Origin: Vicugna vicugna
Lineage: Eukaryota
Length of the DNA stretch: 64,000 nt
NCBI GenBank assembly: GCA_013265495.1
Contig: MU058844.1
Location: forward strand, 10,748,184 to 10,812,183
Direction of reading: 5' to 3'
Shown: positions 13,081-25,750 of the stretch, in pieces
Numbering within the stretch: position 1 is the stretch's first letter
Layout: each line of letters opens with the position of its first letter
Translations under genes and position numbers: made by a program
The notes under the pieces: model-generated
The model's input: only the letters and a program-made list of their open reading frames with translations
The model's database searches: none
What the model was told of the DNA's origin: nothing

Positions 13081-13269
13081 AGTATCAAACATAAAAATTT
13101 CATATAAATTCTAATCTCTAAAGCTTTTTTAAACGGAAAAATTCCTAGCAGGTGTGGTAAGCAAATGGAATGAATCTGGTAAAATAACAGCCCCCGCAAC
13201 ATTTGATATAAGTTTCTAATAAACTTTTAATGGTTGTGGATTTGTTTAAAAAGCTGTAATTTTATAGAT

Positions 13270-13350
13270 TATACAGATAGAAAGAGCAAACTAGTGGTTG
13301 TCAGTGAGGAGAGGGAAGGGGGTTAGAAAGGGGGCATGGTATTAAGAAGT
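13270..13350 (+). mobile_element. Short L1 3' UTR fragment
   Basis: 'acagatagaaagagcaaactagtggttgtcagtgaggagagggaaggg' resembles 11340-11400. Confidence 0.65.
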
Positions 13351-13384
13351 TGAAAAGAAAATGAAGATGCATACTTACTAAACT

Positions 13385-13600
13385 TACTGTTTACTAACTG
13401 AATTCCAAGCATTCGTATGGCACAGTTTGGGTCACTTTCGTTCATTATAATGCTGAATCCTCACAACAACCCAGTGAGTTAGAATTTTCCCCATGTACAG
13501 ATGAAGAAACTGAGGCTCAGTGAGATAATTTGACAGCTGTCACTCAAATAAGGCTTTACACCAGATCTCATAGACTCTACTAAGCTCTCTGTCTAATCAC
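13385..13600 (-). mobile_element. MIR SINE
   Basis: 'aatcctcacaacaacccagtgag...cccatgtacagatgaagaaactgaggctcag'. Confidence 0.85.
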
Positions 13601-14269
13601 TAGAAGACTAAGAACTGTGTATCTGTTAGACCTTAACATGATGTCTTCCTAATTCCTCATGTTTTAATTCCAATTTACTGGACTTTAGGGAATGTATAGC
13701 TACAAATATTTTTGAACCTGATATTTTAGTCTTTTAATATTTATAGTTTGTAAAAATAAAGACCAGTTTCTACATAGTAGGCTCAAAACTACAAGTACTG
13801 AGTAGGGTCAATTCAATAACACGGCCTAGTCCAAGTCTTTTGACATTCATTTTGTGCTTCATATTATGAAATCTTGAAGTTTCCCAAATGAATAAGCTCG
13901 TTGAAGGAAGGGAGGAAATACCCATTTGCACTCTTTTGTAGTATGCATTTCAACTTCAACTTCAAAAAAATTCTTTTACATCTTGTACAAAGGAGTGCCT
14001 TACTTTTCTTGAAATGGTAGGCTCTTCGAGGCAAGGTCATATGCACCATTTCTCTGTCCTCTCCATAGGGACACTGAGGTGGTCACTTGATAGGTACTCA
14101 ATGAAGAACTCACTTCAATTGCCTAGCCTTTCTAAATAGATATTCAAATCAAACGATTAACTTTGTTAGAATACCATTATTTTAACTTCACTGTGTTTAA
14201 TAAATAACCACTCGAAGAACAGTAGACCAATATGGTGCTTCAGTGTTGACGGAAGACTTTCTTATAGAT

Positions 14270-14437
14270 CTCATTTTGTCTGAAGGTGATTTACAGACCA
14301 GCACTGGGCTAGACATGATTTTACTTATTTTACATATAGAAAAATGAGACTCACTTTTAAATGATTTGTTCAAGGGAATACAGTGAGAAAGATTAAGATT
14401 TTTCCAACACTGGGCACAAGTGTCCGTCTACTGTGCC
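14270..14437 (-). mobile_element. MIR SINE (degraded)
   Basis: 'ttttacatatagaaaaatgagactcac...aaatgatttgttcaagg'. Confidence 0.55.
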
Positions 14438-17184
14438 AAACCTGTCTCTAAAAAGCCACCCCCTACAAACCAAATAGCATTTGTATAGCATCTGCGGTGC
14501 TTTAATGTACATTATCTCATTTGATCCTGACAAGACCCAGGGAGGTATAGGTATTTTTATACCTATTTAGATTCAGTTGGATTTCTAAAACTGGAAGAAC
14601 ATTATCACCCAGGATTCAGGGCTGTTTGCGATGCTACTGAATCATTACTAGGGTATCGCAAAAATAAGATTAAATGAAATTTTGGTCTAAAGAGATGACC
14701 TAGATGGCTATTCAACACTCTATCTTTTTCTTCCTAAAATATTCTTCTTTAGAATAGCATCTTTGTCTCCCAGGTAGTCTCTGTGGTACATATGTCAGTA
14801 CAGAGCTTGGTCTTCCCTGCATAGAATATGAAGACACTAGTGTTAAAATCAGCTATTGAATTCTATGCACTGCATTAACCTTTTCTGTTCATTATTGATG
14901 TATTCTATTTGCAATTTTTATGGTAGAACTGACCACAACTGAAATAGAAAAAAAAAAAAGAAAAACTAATGATCAGCAGAACTTTTTACAGACTCTGACA
15001 ACGGATAAATATTTCAAAATTCTAATTTGCCATCTGAGAAGTTATTTGTATTAAGATGGTGCTTTGTGAAAACAGGCTGCATGGCTCTTAAGCTGCAGAA
15101 AATATAAAAATGTAACCTTTTCCTATAAATACAATTCCATGTTTTGATAATCAAATGTTGGAACTCTTAAGGGGATGAATTCGGCATAATATCCAATTTT
15201 GATTGTCTTTGGTTTTCCATTTCCATTCGAAAAGAAAGGATAATGATTTCTCATAAAAAGTAAAATGTTTTTGTGTTAGAAGTCAGGTACTCAAAATGAG
15301 AAAAAGTATGGAAAACTTTATAAATTCAGTGGGTGAACTTTTAGTAAGTAATTAGATTTTAGCCTGAAGCAGCTAAAAAAAAAGTTTCCCATAATATAAC
15401 TGTTTAAAAGAAAATGTGCTTTGGCGCTCATCCTATTGTGTACGTTTAGTATGTATCTTTATAAACAATGGAGAAGGTTGACAATTCAGTTCCCATTTAA
15501 TATGTCCTTGTTAGCTCATAGAATAGGCTAGCAAAAGATTATGTTGTGTTCCAAGGATTAAAAAAAAAGCAGATTAATATTCACTTCTTTAGAAATGGAA
15601 GTCAGGTCTTCAAACTGCAAGTGCTTGATGATAAAAGCTCTTGAGTTATTATAAGGATAAATAATTTGTTCCAAATTGCCATCTTCCACTGCAATCAAGA
15701 TAAATTTCTTAGGCGTCTGTTCAAAGGATAAATTTTCAGTGAAACACATTTTAATAGAAGAGTCAGCACAGCACAACTATCATATAAAATCAGCAACCAT
15801 CTCTTCTGTATCTTAAAAGATAAAGAACATTAGAAAATTTGGAATAAGTTTAGTGAACAAAACCTTCCCAATACTCTCCTACATCTGAGCTAGGATAGTG
15901 TCCAGCCCACAAAAATAGCACTTTTGTTTGTGATGAACCCTCTCAAGCTACAAAGATGTAATAAATGTGGCTATTTAAATACCATGTAAGCTATATAACT
16001 GATCAACAGAGATTTTTTTCCACTACTGTTCAATTACAATTTTTAACCATAAGTGACATAAAAAAAGTTATAAATGCAGCAAAAATACCCGCCTCCCCAA
16101 ATTTCCCTTAAATGGGCTTAGATGATATTTGTCTAAGGAAAATTACATTTCTAAACACAAATGGAATATTCTTGAGCAAAAAATAAATTGAAGATGATGA
16201 AAAACTATCACTGCTGTCCTCCCATTTCCACAAGGATCCAGATACAAGATTCTTCAGCACCTACCTCTTCCCAGAATTTGTGCCCAGCTCCTTTACAAAA
16301 GGCTAATGATAGTCAGAAGGGCACCCCTCTAGATACACGCCTTTTGCTTTTATATCCAAGTCTTGACAAGTGAAGGGTTTAGGGCACATCTCCATCCATA
16401 TTCCTCCCAGGGTTCTGTGGTGTCACCATTTCCCTCTGTACATTTGCCATTTCTCATTTCTTAAATGTAAAAACCTGAATATTTCTTGATTCACTTAAAA
16501 ATTAAATTTAAATCGAATCCATCCAGTTTCCAAAGCAAATGATGCCTGTTACTATATGCCTCCTCTCGTGAGGAACGAGTATTTTGATATATTACAAAAT
16601 TGCTAAATATGAAATTTCCAAAGATAAGACAATTAAAATCAATTAAAATTTTTTAAATGGAAAGTTTTCCCTAGCATTTTAAGTTCCCATCTTCTCTTAA
16701 CAAATCTGAAGATTTGGCAACACTAGACTTTGAAGGATGGCTACCTTTCTAGATGGGGCTTTTACTCTCCATTTGGCTACAGTCCTCACCATTCTCTATT
16801 GTCCTCAGTACTAAATGCAAGCATCCTCTGCTCTTGTCACATTACATTGTGGTTTTCTCATGGTCGAGAAATATTTGTCTCCATGTTTAAATCAAAAGTG
16901 AGAAAAATGAAAACAGAGTAAGAGGATCCCATTTTTTAAGAAAAACTTTTTCTGTAGAAGTGAAGAATATACTTTCATAATCCAAAGAAGGGTGTTGATG
17001 TCCAAAGCATACAATTCAAGATACCATTAGGGACAGATCCAGCTTGAGTGTCTCAGACACATTATTTGCTTGTGTCCCCCGTAAGCATCTGGATGTGGTT
17101 GCGGGTGCTCTATAGAGGAGAGGAGCAATGATGGACGATTACTGAAGGTGGGCTTGGTGTGGGCTGGGGGTGCGTTATGAAGCA

Positions 17185-17390
17185 TGAGGACTTTCAAGCA
17201 AGAGCCTTAGATTCATATCCCCACTCAGCCACTTCCTGGTTGTGTGACCCTGGGAAAGCTCCTAAACCTCAAGATCTTCCTTCTTTGTAAAATGGAGCTT
17301 TGAGAATCTATTATGCAGTTATTTAAAAGTTTTATAAATAGCAGATGTAAAATGTCTCCTACATACAGGCATTTAATCAGTCATAGTTGT
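17185..17390 (+). mobile_element. MIR SINE
   Basis: 'gccacttcctggttgtgtgaccctgggaaag...cttctttgtaaaatgg'. Confidence 0.8.
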
Positions 17391-17529
17391 TTTAGTTTCT
17401 TATGAAATAATCTTACTTAGTGTAAGATAGAACTACTACTTCCACTTAAATGTAACTTACTTTATGGTCTCGTGGCTGAGTTGTTTCTACCATCCCTTTA
17501 TGTTTTCCCCTTGGCAGTCTTTTATGCTA

Positions 17530-18350
17530 CAGCAGCAACTTTGAGTGTGAATAGATGACTCTCAGATTTGTATCTCGAGATCTGACTCATCTCCAGAAAT
17601 ACAGACTATGCATTTCAGACCCTTCTTACATCATTTCCACTTACATATCCTGGCAGCACTTTGAACACAGCACGTCTAGAATCGAATTTTTTTCTCCTCC
17701 CCAACCAAGCTGCTGCATCTCTTAACTTCCCATATCACCTAATGGAGCCATCTCCCTCCCAATCCTGAAGGGTGATCAATAGCAAGACCCAGAAATTTTA
17801 CCTTCATAGGGCGTCCTGAATCCATCTCCTTTCACCCTTTCCTGCTAATGCCTTCCCCTGGTTCAAGCCAACATCACTTCTTGGCAAGACTGGTGACTCC
17901 ATCCACTTCCAGGGTGTCACTAACCACATCACTTGAATGCTTCCTAAACCAGTTTCTCTAGCCCTGACCTCTTTTCTAAACAGGAGTCAGGCATGATTCT
18001 AACTACCTGCTGACATCTCCACGGGTACGTCCTATCTTTATTTCAACCTCAGCATGTTCAAGGCCAAACTCATGACGCCACAGCCCAATATTCTCTTTTT
18101 ATGCTTTTGGACTTATAGACATTTCCGTATCAGACATTTTAGGCATTTCATGGTTGTCCTTAACGCTCCTTCCCTCTTTCTGCATTCAGCAGTGCAACAA
18201 AGCCCAATGATTCTATTTTTAAAATGTCTTATATCTAGTATCATTCTTTCTCCTAGTCACTACTGCCATTCATTCTCAACATCTCTAGTATATTTCTATA
18301 TGCCAACATTCAGTAAGTGTTTGTTCAATGAATTTATGTTCTCATTTACT
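17530..18350 (+). mobile_element. L2 LINE fragments
   Basis: 'gatgactctcagatttgtatctc', 'gacatctccac...caacctcagcatgttcaaggccaaactcatg', ending with the L2 tail 'cattcagtaagtgtttgttcaatgaat'. Confidence 0.7.
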
Positions 18351-18398
18351 CAGTAACTGGGACCAGTAATTAAACCTACTTTTGTTTGGGTCATTATA

Positions 18399-18566
18399 CC
18401 ATATTTCATAGATTCTAAGATGCTCTCACTTCAACATTTTAACATCTGTGATATTGGAATGCATTTTCAGATTGATGGTGTTTAATTGGAAGCCTTTTTA
18501 TTCCTTAGCATTTCTTGAAATCATGAATTTTAAAATTGATGGTGTCTTGGATTTGATGAAACATGC
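18399..18566. mobile_element. Tc1/mariner-superfamily MITE (Kanga/Tc2-like)
   Basis: Imperfect terminal inverted repeats 'ccatatttcatagattctaagatgc' and 'gtgtcttggatttgatgaaacatgc', each flanked by TA. Confidence 0.75.
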
Positions 18567-19114
18567 TAATGGTTTTCTGAATACTTTCCCAGGCTCTCTG
18601 TTTCATCTCTGTTTTATCCCTTCCCAGTGTTTGTTTTTTTTTTTAATCAGTAGCCAGAACAAAATGCTGAATATGGTATCTTTGCATAATCCCTAAGCCT
18701 ATCTAATTTCCACATTTTACTTTTTCCATTATTTGATCAGGCTCCACCAGACTGTACTTCAACTTAATGTTTACTTCTCCTTCCCTACTTGGGAAATCTT
18801 TGCTGTCTCTTTATTGTTTGTAGGCTAAAACTTCAAGCTTCCTCAGCATAACATAAAACGCCCTTCCCCGTCTGGTCCTAATGCAATTTCCCTGCCTTTC
18901 TTCATTTCTCCTACACACTTCAAATGCCATTTTTACAGACTTACCAATGTTCCCTGAAAAGACTGTCATCCTCGGTATGTGCTGTATGGTTTGCCTTGAA
19001 AGACTGTTCTTTGACTAAATTCAGCCTATCTTCTAGAGTTCAGTTCTGACATCATCCCTCAGAACTATGTCTTGGATCCCCTGGAGAGTAGTCACTCTTT
19101 TTTTGTGTGTGTTC

Positions 19115-19450
19115 TGTAGCCAGGGTGTTGAAATTTGGACTCTGGAGCCAGGCTGCCTTAGCTCCAGTACCCACCAGCTTGATAAATTAGCCTGTCTGAG
19201 CCTCATTTTCTCCATCAGTAAAATGGGGATATTAACAGCAACTACTTAAAAAAGTTGTTGGGAAAATTCTTTGAGTCAATCCATTTAAATCACTTAGAGG
19301 AGGGGAGCTCAGTGGTAGAGCTCATGCTTAGTGTGCATGAGGTCCTGGGTTCAATCCCCAGTAGCTCCATTAAATAAACAAACAAACAAACAAACAAACA
19401 TTAAAAAAAAATCACACAGAGTTTCAGGGTCATAATGTCATAATAAAGCA
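19115..19450 (+). mobile_element. MIR SINE, interrupted by a Vic-1-type SINE
   Basis: 'ggactctggagccaggctgcct...gtctgagcctcattttctccatcagtaaaatggggatattaacag'. Confidence 0.85.
19299..19408 (+). mobile_element. Camelid tRNA-derived SINE (Vic-1-type)
   Basis: A box 'agctcagtggtagag', B box 'ggttcaatccc', (CAAA)n plus A tail; imperfect TSD aaatcacttaga (19287-19298) and aaatcacacaga (19409-19420). Confidence 0.88.
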
Positions 19451-20524
19451 TAATGCCCTATAATTATTTGCCTCCCCAATTAAGGAGTGACTTTTGCCTT
19501 GAAGGAAGAATGTTGTTTTTCTTTTCCATCTTCAATCCTCCAACTTCATTCCTGACGCATGTCTGCACTCTGTACATACTTAATGAATGGTGCCATAAGA
19601 TAAACATTGAATAGAAGCACAAATTTATCTATGTGGCCAAATGGGTAAGTTAGTTTTTGATCAGATTTCATGTACAGAGCGAGAGAAACACATTTAGAGT
19701 TTCATTTAAGTGGGGGCTTTCTTGTCACCCACTATTTCTAATAGGAAGTCTTCAAATAGTAGTGGGACCAAGGGTCTGTCTGAAGTAGCTATTTTGGTCT
19801 CTCGCTTCCTGCCAGTCTGTCTTTTGCAGTTTTAATTGCTCACAGAGCATATACCTGGTGTCATAACCCCAACCAGCCACATCAATGCAAACGGTGAGGA
19901 GAGTCGTGCCTACAGAATACTCTGCTTTTAAAGGTCTCAGCTAAAAGGTTCCCTTGCATAAAACTGCAAGCCATTCACTTGGTCTTGTGGAACAGCTCGC
20001 CCGACAGTGGGAAGGTCAAAGTCCTTAAGTACAGCAGGGTGAAGAGGTGGCAGGATGGCCACAGCTTGTGATCGGGCTAGTGGTCCTGCTTGCATCTTCC
20101 TCTGACCCCTCTCCCTCTTCTTCCTCTCCGTCAACCTGTCTCTCTCTCTTGTCTGAGCCAATCTTGGAGGTGATGCTTTGGATGCCTGGTGCCTGTCTTG
20201 GGGAGGGGGGAAAGATGAGCTGGAAGTGTTTCTTGTGGCAGTGGGCTGTAAGCCTTGCCAAGCAGCCATCTAATCTGCACTTTAAGTTGTGTTTGATTTT
20301 TACTGTTTTTTATCAAATACATGAACAAATGAATTAAACTGAATAGCCCGTATTTTTCATGCAGTTTGGGGTGAACACAGACTTTGAAGACAGACGACCT
20401 CAAAGCATTGGACGCACATACAAATAAGGACCCTATAAAAGCAAAAGGTGTATCAAATGAGTACCTAGTGGTTTTCCCTGATAAAAATGAGGCCATGTAG
20501 ACTTGTGAACTGATAAGGGGCTTT

Positions 20525-20710
20525 ATGGTCAGACAGACCTATCTGAATTGGCCTCACAGTTCTGCTATTTCATTTTGTAAAACCCTATTGAGTCCTGGTT
20601 TTGTTATCTGTAAAAAGAAGAGTAACAGATCCATCTTCCCCAAGGTTGTTCTTGGTATGAGGTGATATTTGTAACATACTTGGCACTCAGTACTTGACGT
20701 AGGTATATAA
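20525..20710 (+). mobile_element. MIR SINE (degraded)
   Basis: 'ggtcagacagacctatctgaatt...ggttttgttatctgtaaaa...caaggttgtt...ttggcactcagta'. Confidence 0.6.
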
Positions 20711-23700
20711 TAACCAAATGTGAGACTCAAATGAATTTTAATATGTGGTTCCTCTAGTAATATTGGTTAGCAATGGAACAGGTGATTTAGTAATCTGCTC
20801 CATACATATAACAATGGATGAGGTTAGACAACCAAATCGTATACTCGTTACAAAATTGTTACCAAATTTCCAGTGAATGGTAGTTAGAAATACTCATTAA
20901 GTTCTACTCTGTAAATAGGGAGTGCTCAAAAGGGGCTTGAAGTCAGTAGAAGAATTCCATTTTGTTTTTCCCCTTCTGAAATGGAATTACCACTGTAGGT
21001 TTGCCAGAGAAAACTTTATTCCATTTTTAAAGGCTATTTTTAAAGCTGAACTAAATATTTCTAATTTTTCAGAAGACTGCGTTGATGGACTTATAACTCT
21101 GATAGTCTCTTCCCCCCGCCTTTTTTTTTTTTTTTGATAGGCTCCTTCCTGGTATATAAATTGCATTTAAAGCATGATTTGTATTCTTTAGAGACATTAC
21201 CCTGTGAATCTAGGACATTACTAAATTATTCACAGATTTTAACATGTACAGTTGATTTGGTGCCTAGATGAAAAGAAAGTTTTCCTCTATTTTAAAAGAA
21301 TACAGTGTCAATAAAAATATTCAAGCATGTTTGGATTGTTGATGCCTCAGAGACAATGATTATCACTAAATACGGATTTTTGTATTAAATAGCGGGATTC
21401 TACAGAGTCCTCACTTCTAGACATATGAATCTTTAATTAATAAGGATGGATAACATCACTTCTGATATTTAGAAACAGAGGCTAAGTAATCCCTCTTGGC
21501 AACCCGTTCTAATATTTTATTATCTTTTTGAGAAAACAATTTTGTTTATGAAACATTACAATCTTGCTTTATTTTCATCTCTCTTGGATATTTCTGGCCC
21601 TCCGTGGCAATGAGTATAATTCTTTAGTATGTCCTTTAGTAAGACATTACATATTTTAAGTAGAGCAACCTCATTTTTCCATTAACTTGATGTTGGTATA
21701 CTTGCAATTTCTAAACTTGGCTCAGGAATTTAGTCAAATATTTATCTTTACTTTTTCTCGCTCATCAGATCCTGAGCAGAAGAGCCCAGAGGAGGGGAAT
21801 GGCGATGCCATGGCCATATGGTGGTTTTATGTGGGAGTAGAGAGAATTTCCTGGCTCTCTTGTAAGTTTCTTGGTAAATGGATTCAGTAATGAGGACTTC
21901 TCAGCTTGCCGTGCATCTTCAGTGGTGCAGAGGCAGCAACTGGTAGATCATAGAGAAACAGCACTATCATAATGACTCATTTTAAATAAAGACCTCTGAA
22001 CTTTTCAAATTCCCTAAGAAACTGTGGTGACAATTGAATGATTTTTTTTTTCATGCCAGGAAACAAGCTTATCACCTGTGAGGTCCACTCAGTAAAGTCA
22101 AAAAGCATTTGAAAATAACACCATTTCCGAGAAAGAAAGATTACCAGTGCTGCACAGTCTGACTCAGCCTTCGCTTATGGCAGGACAATTTGTGCATAAA
22201 ACATAGTGTCTCTTCTTTGCTTATGTTTATTTTTCCAGTCATAATTAATATGTCCCTATTGTTCATAAATTGAGTTTTTAATCATAGTCATTCTATAACA
22301 TAGATGCATTAGGGTAGCCTAGAAACCATTAGAAAGTGTAGCTCAATTTTTCTTTTAAATGATAAAACAACAGAATTTTCCTACGTGTTCAGTGGATCTT
22401 TCTCCTATCCATAATTTCAAAGAAAGTTAGCCAGAGGCATAAATTTATTGTTAAAAGTTTTGAATCCAGGAGAATTTGGACTGATTGGCATCCTATTGAT
22501 GGTAGGGGTCAGAAACATTATCTAGTTTTTTTTTTTTGGGGGGGTGGAGGCAGACAGATGCTGACTTCTTTAATATTTACCATATCAGCTGGTATGTGAT
22601 ACTTATTTTTTCATCTGAAATTTAAACTATGAGATATATTGCTAGACATTTCTTTGTTCTAAATATTTAAAAATGCCCCCATTCTTGTTACTATGAGAAA
22701 AATAAGTGAGGCTATTTTAAGGCAGATAAAACTGAACAAGAAACGAAAGACTGTCAAGTTCCCATTTTCCAGATGACAAAAATCGAGTAACTGGGGAAAT
22801 TAAGTAATTTGGCTCATGCCCAGACCCTGGGCCCCACCTCCCCCAGTCTCTCCCAGCCTCCTCTAGGGAGGCTTCCTTTTATGTTTGATGTGCTGTAATT
22901 CATGTTTTGTGTCATTGATCGAGACTTGGAAAATAGGTGTTTGTGGCTCATCGTCTAAATAAACATAGTTTAACCTTTCAAGTCTTTAATTTTTTTATGT
23001 ATAATTACTGAGCAGGGTATTAAGGCTGGATGAAGCTGAGTGCTTCTTCAATAATTAAAAAAATAGGTTTTTCTTTTGTAATTAACAATACTGTGATATT
23101 GATCCACGAAAACTCTTCTCTGTTCTCTACGTGGAAAATTTTTGCCGGTTCCTCTGCTTTGATCGTCAGAGCTTCCTAGTATTTCTAAAATCCTGGGTTT
23201 TTCCTTTGGATCTAAGTGAAGTGCAAACCAGATAACAGACTGATACTCTTTTAAACTTCATATTTATAAAATGTGATCTTTTAGTTGCCTAAAATTGGGA
23301 ACATTTCTTTTTCTTTTCTTCTTTCCCTTTAGAAGGTTTACAAAATAGAGTGTGCCAAGAATACTTATAGGAAAGACTGGGAATGGGGAAAAGGCATCTT
23401 ATAATCACTGAAAACATTGAAACAAAAAACAACCTGTAACTCAATATGGGACCATTTCATGCCAGAAATTAAGTAAGGAAGCTGTTGTTCAACAATTTCA
23501 GGCAAAATGGTCCCTGAGAAAAATTGAGCTTAAGAGTCTTCAAAAGGCAGGTGATGTCATATCCTCCAGAAGCTGTGATTTTAAAAGCTGTTCGTGAAAT
23601 TATTCCTGTACTTGTTAAGAGTAAAATAATTACTGGAGTTAAAAATCCCTAAGAATATTTTATTGAGGTATGTCCTTTTCAAAGGACAAAGGCATGCACT

Positions 23701-24190
23701 TTCATCAGTGAAATTAAGTGTATATATACTAAATAAGATATTGCACCACAAAAAATTTCCAATTCCTGAAAACTGAGCAGGAGGTTAAGTTTCAGGGACA
23801 ATGATGAATTTCAAGGCTTGTATATGTGCCTGCCAGGTTCTGTGTGCTTGGCTGATCTTGCAAAACACGCCTCGTGGTAAATCTTCCTTATGTGTGGATG
23901 AGGACCCTGTATCAAGAGGTAGCTGCAGGAGTGAAAGGCTTGTGTTAAGGCAGGGAGGGGACTGGAGTATAATGGGGCCACCACTGACTTTGAGTAAGTT
24001 TCTCCTGGGTCTAAATTTGTCTTACTACTTTTCATATTTTTTTCTTGCTTTTTATAAACCACCATCAGTACATTAACTTCCACAGTTTACGCCCAATAGG
24101 AAAGCTCTTCTCTTTGCAAAAATTACTGTGTAATTGTTTGACTCTACCCTGTCAGCTCCCCCTGCCCTCTGTTCTTCACATACTTACTAT

Positions 24191-24270
24191 TCTTCCTTCC
24201 TTCCTTTCCTTCCTTCCTTCCTTCCTTCATGCTAAGCATTTGCTCTACCACTGAACTGTACCCCTACACC
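24191..24270 (-). mobile_element. 5' half of a Vic-1-type SINE joined to a (GGAA)n repeat
   Basis: Minus strand reads 'ggtgtaggggtacagttcagtggtagagcaaatgcttagcatg' and then (aagg)n; the B box is absent. Confidence 0.75.
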
Positions 24271-24559
24271 AACCCCCTCTGATCATGCTAACTTCTGAAC
24301 TCTGTCTTCCAAATTGTGTCCTCACTCTGACTAGACAACTCCTCTCACATCATAGATTCCTCTATATAATTCCTCATAGAATAGACATAAAAGATACTTA
24401 GATAATACAAGATTATACAAAAATAGGTTAATTCCTCCCAAAATATCCCTCACATAATAGAAAATTACTCTCATCTATGTTCTCTCAGAAAAAATAGAAG
24501 CAAACAAGCAACAATTTCCTGGACCTTTTCTATTTTTTGTCCATGTCTTCTTGCTCCAC

Positions 24560-25750
24560 AGACGTGAAATGATTCTGATTTCATGGGGATTCTAACTTCC
24601 TTCCCTTCCATGTCCATCTGCTTTTTTGCCTCTTTCTGCCTTTTTGCTGCAAAAGGCTGCCATTGCTTTCTCCTTTATTTTCTCTTCAAACTCTTTTCCT
24701 CTGCTTGCCCTTCCCACCTTCCAGCATATTAACTGTGCAGCTCTCCCCCATGAAGCAGCAGTGAAAACAAGTTACCTCGGCTTCCTTGATCCTCAAACCC
24801 ATTTAGAGACCTGCGTGTCTGTCTCCCCTTCCGGTTACATTTTACATCGCATCTCTTTCATCAGCTAGAGTTCTCTCCTAGACTCACTGAAGTCTGGTTC
24901 CTCACCTTTTCCCTACATCACAGCAGTTCTTTCCCCCGGGGCCATCTAAGATCTCATATTCAAGAGTTTCCAAAATCCATTTTCCCTGCCAGGTATTGAG
25001 TTTTGTTTACTTTGCCCAAATCTCTTTTACTTGCTTAGCTTTGTTTTTTTTTTAAAATCACATCTGGCATAGTTGACATTTCTCATTTCTCTCCTTCATG
25101 AAAAATTTTCCTCGTTTTGCCTGTGACGTACGTTATTCTCTATGGTTCTCCTAGCATTCTGCTCACTCTTTCTCACTCATCTATAGGGCTTCTCTTTCTG
25201 AATGCACAGAGTTCTTTCTCAGCCTTTTACTTTCTCTGAGTTTCCTGGGCTGTGTCTCATACACATGCCTCCACCGTCAGCTTTACTGATGAGCCCCAGA
25301 TTCCTCTCTCCTGAGTTCCAGATCATTTCCTCCCTTCTCTCAGCAGCACATTCCCCATATTCTTTTTGTACAGCTGATAATAACACTGTGCCTCCTGCAG
25401 GTCAACCAGAGACCTGGGAGTCATCGGAGATTCCTTTTTCTTTTACAAGGCACGTCCAATCAGGATGATTCTATACTCTAAATATCTCTTGTATCATCAG
25501 TTCCTTTCTTACAGTCTTAGGTTCAACTCATTACATCCTGACGGCATTATTGCTCATACCTGGTCAACTTCCCACTAGTCTTGTTGCTATCCAGTCCAAA
25601 CTTTTGTTACCATTAGGGCGGTGTTGATAAAATTCGTATCTACACCTATAATTCCCCTAACTGAAAACCATGAGTGGCTGATTCTCTTCAGAATCAAGTT
25701 CAAACTTACTATCTTGAGAGATGATGCCTTTCAATGAAATGGCTTCAACC
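24560..25750 (+). mobile_element. L2 LINE (ORF2 remnant toward 3' end)
   Basis: Long C/T-rich tract with 'ctgatgagccccagattcctctctcctgagttccag', 'caaccagagacctgggagtcatc', 'cagaatcaagttcaaactta'. Confidence 0.7.

Larger units (their letters stand above)
18760..19590 (+). mobile_element. L2 3' part, interrupted by a MIR and a SINE
   Basis: L2-like 'cttcaagcttcctcagcataacataaaacgccctt' and 'agagttcagttctgacatcatccctc'; resumes after about 19455 to the tail 'gcactctgtacatacttaatgaatg'. Confidence 0.6.

Noticed and set aside
19299..19372. tRNA gene
   Set aside because: It has A/B boxes but also an A-rich tail, a TSD and no intact acceptor stem, so it is a SINE; the same applies to 46661-46791.
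20025..20261. Acidic ORF (DGEEEEGEGSEED) as a terminal coding exon
   Set aside because: It derives from a low-complexity CT tract, and the upstream minus-strand AG lacks a polypyrimidine tract.
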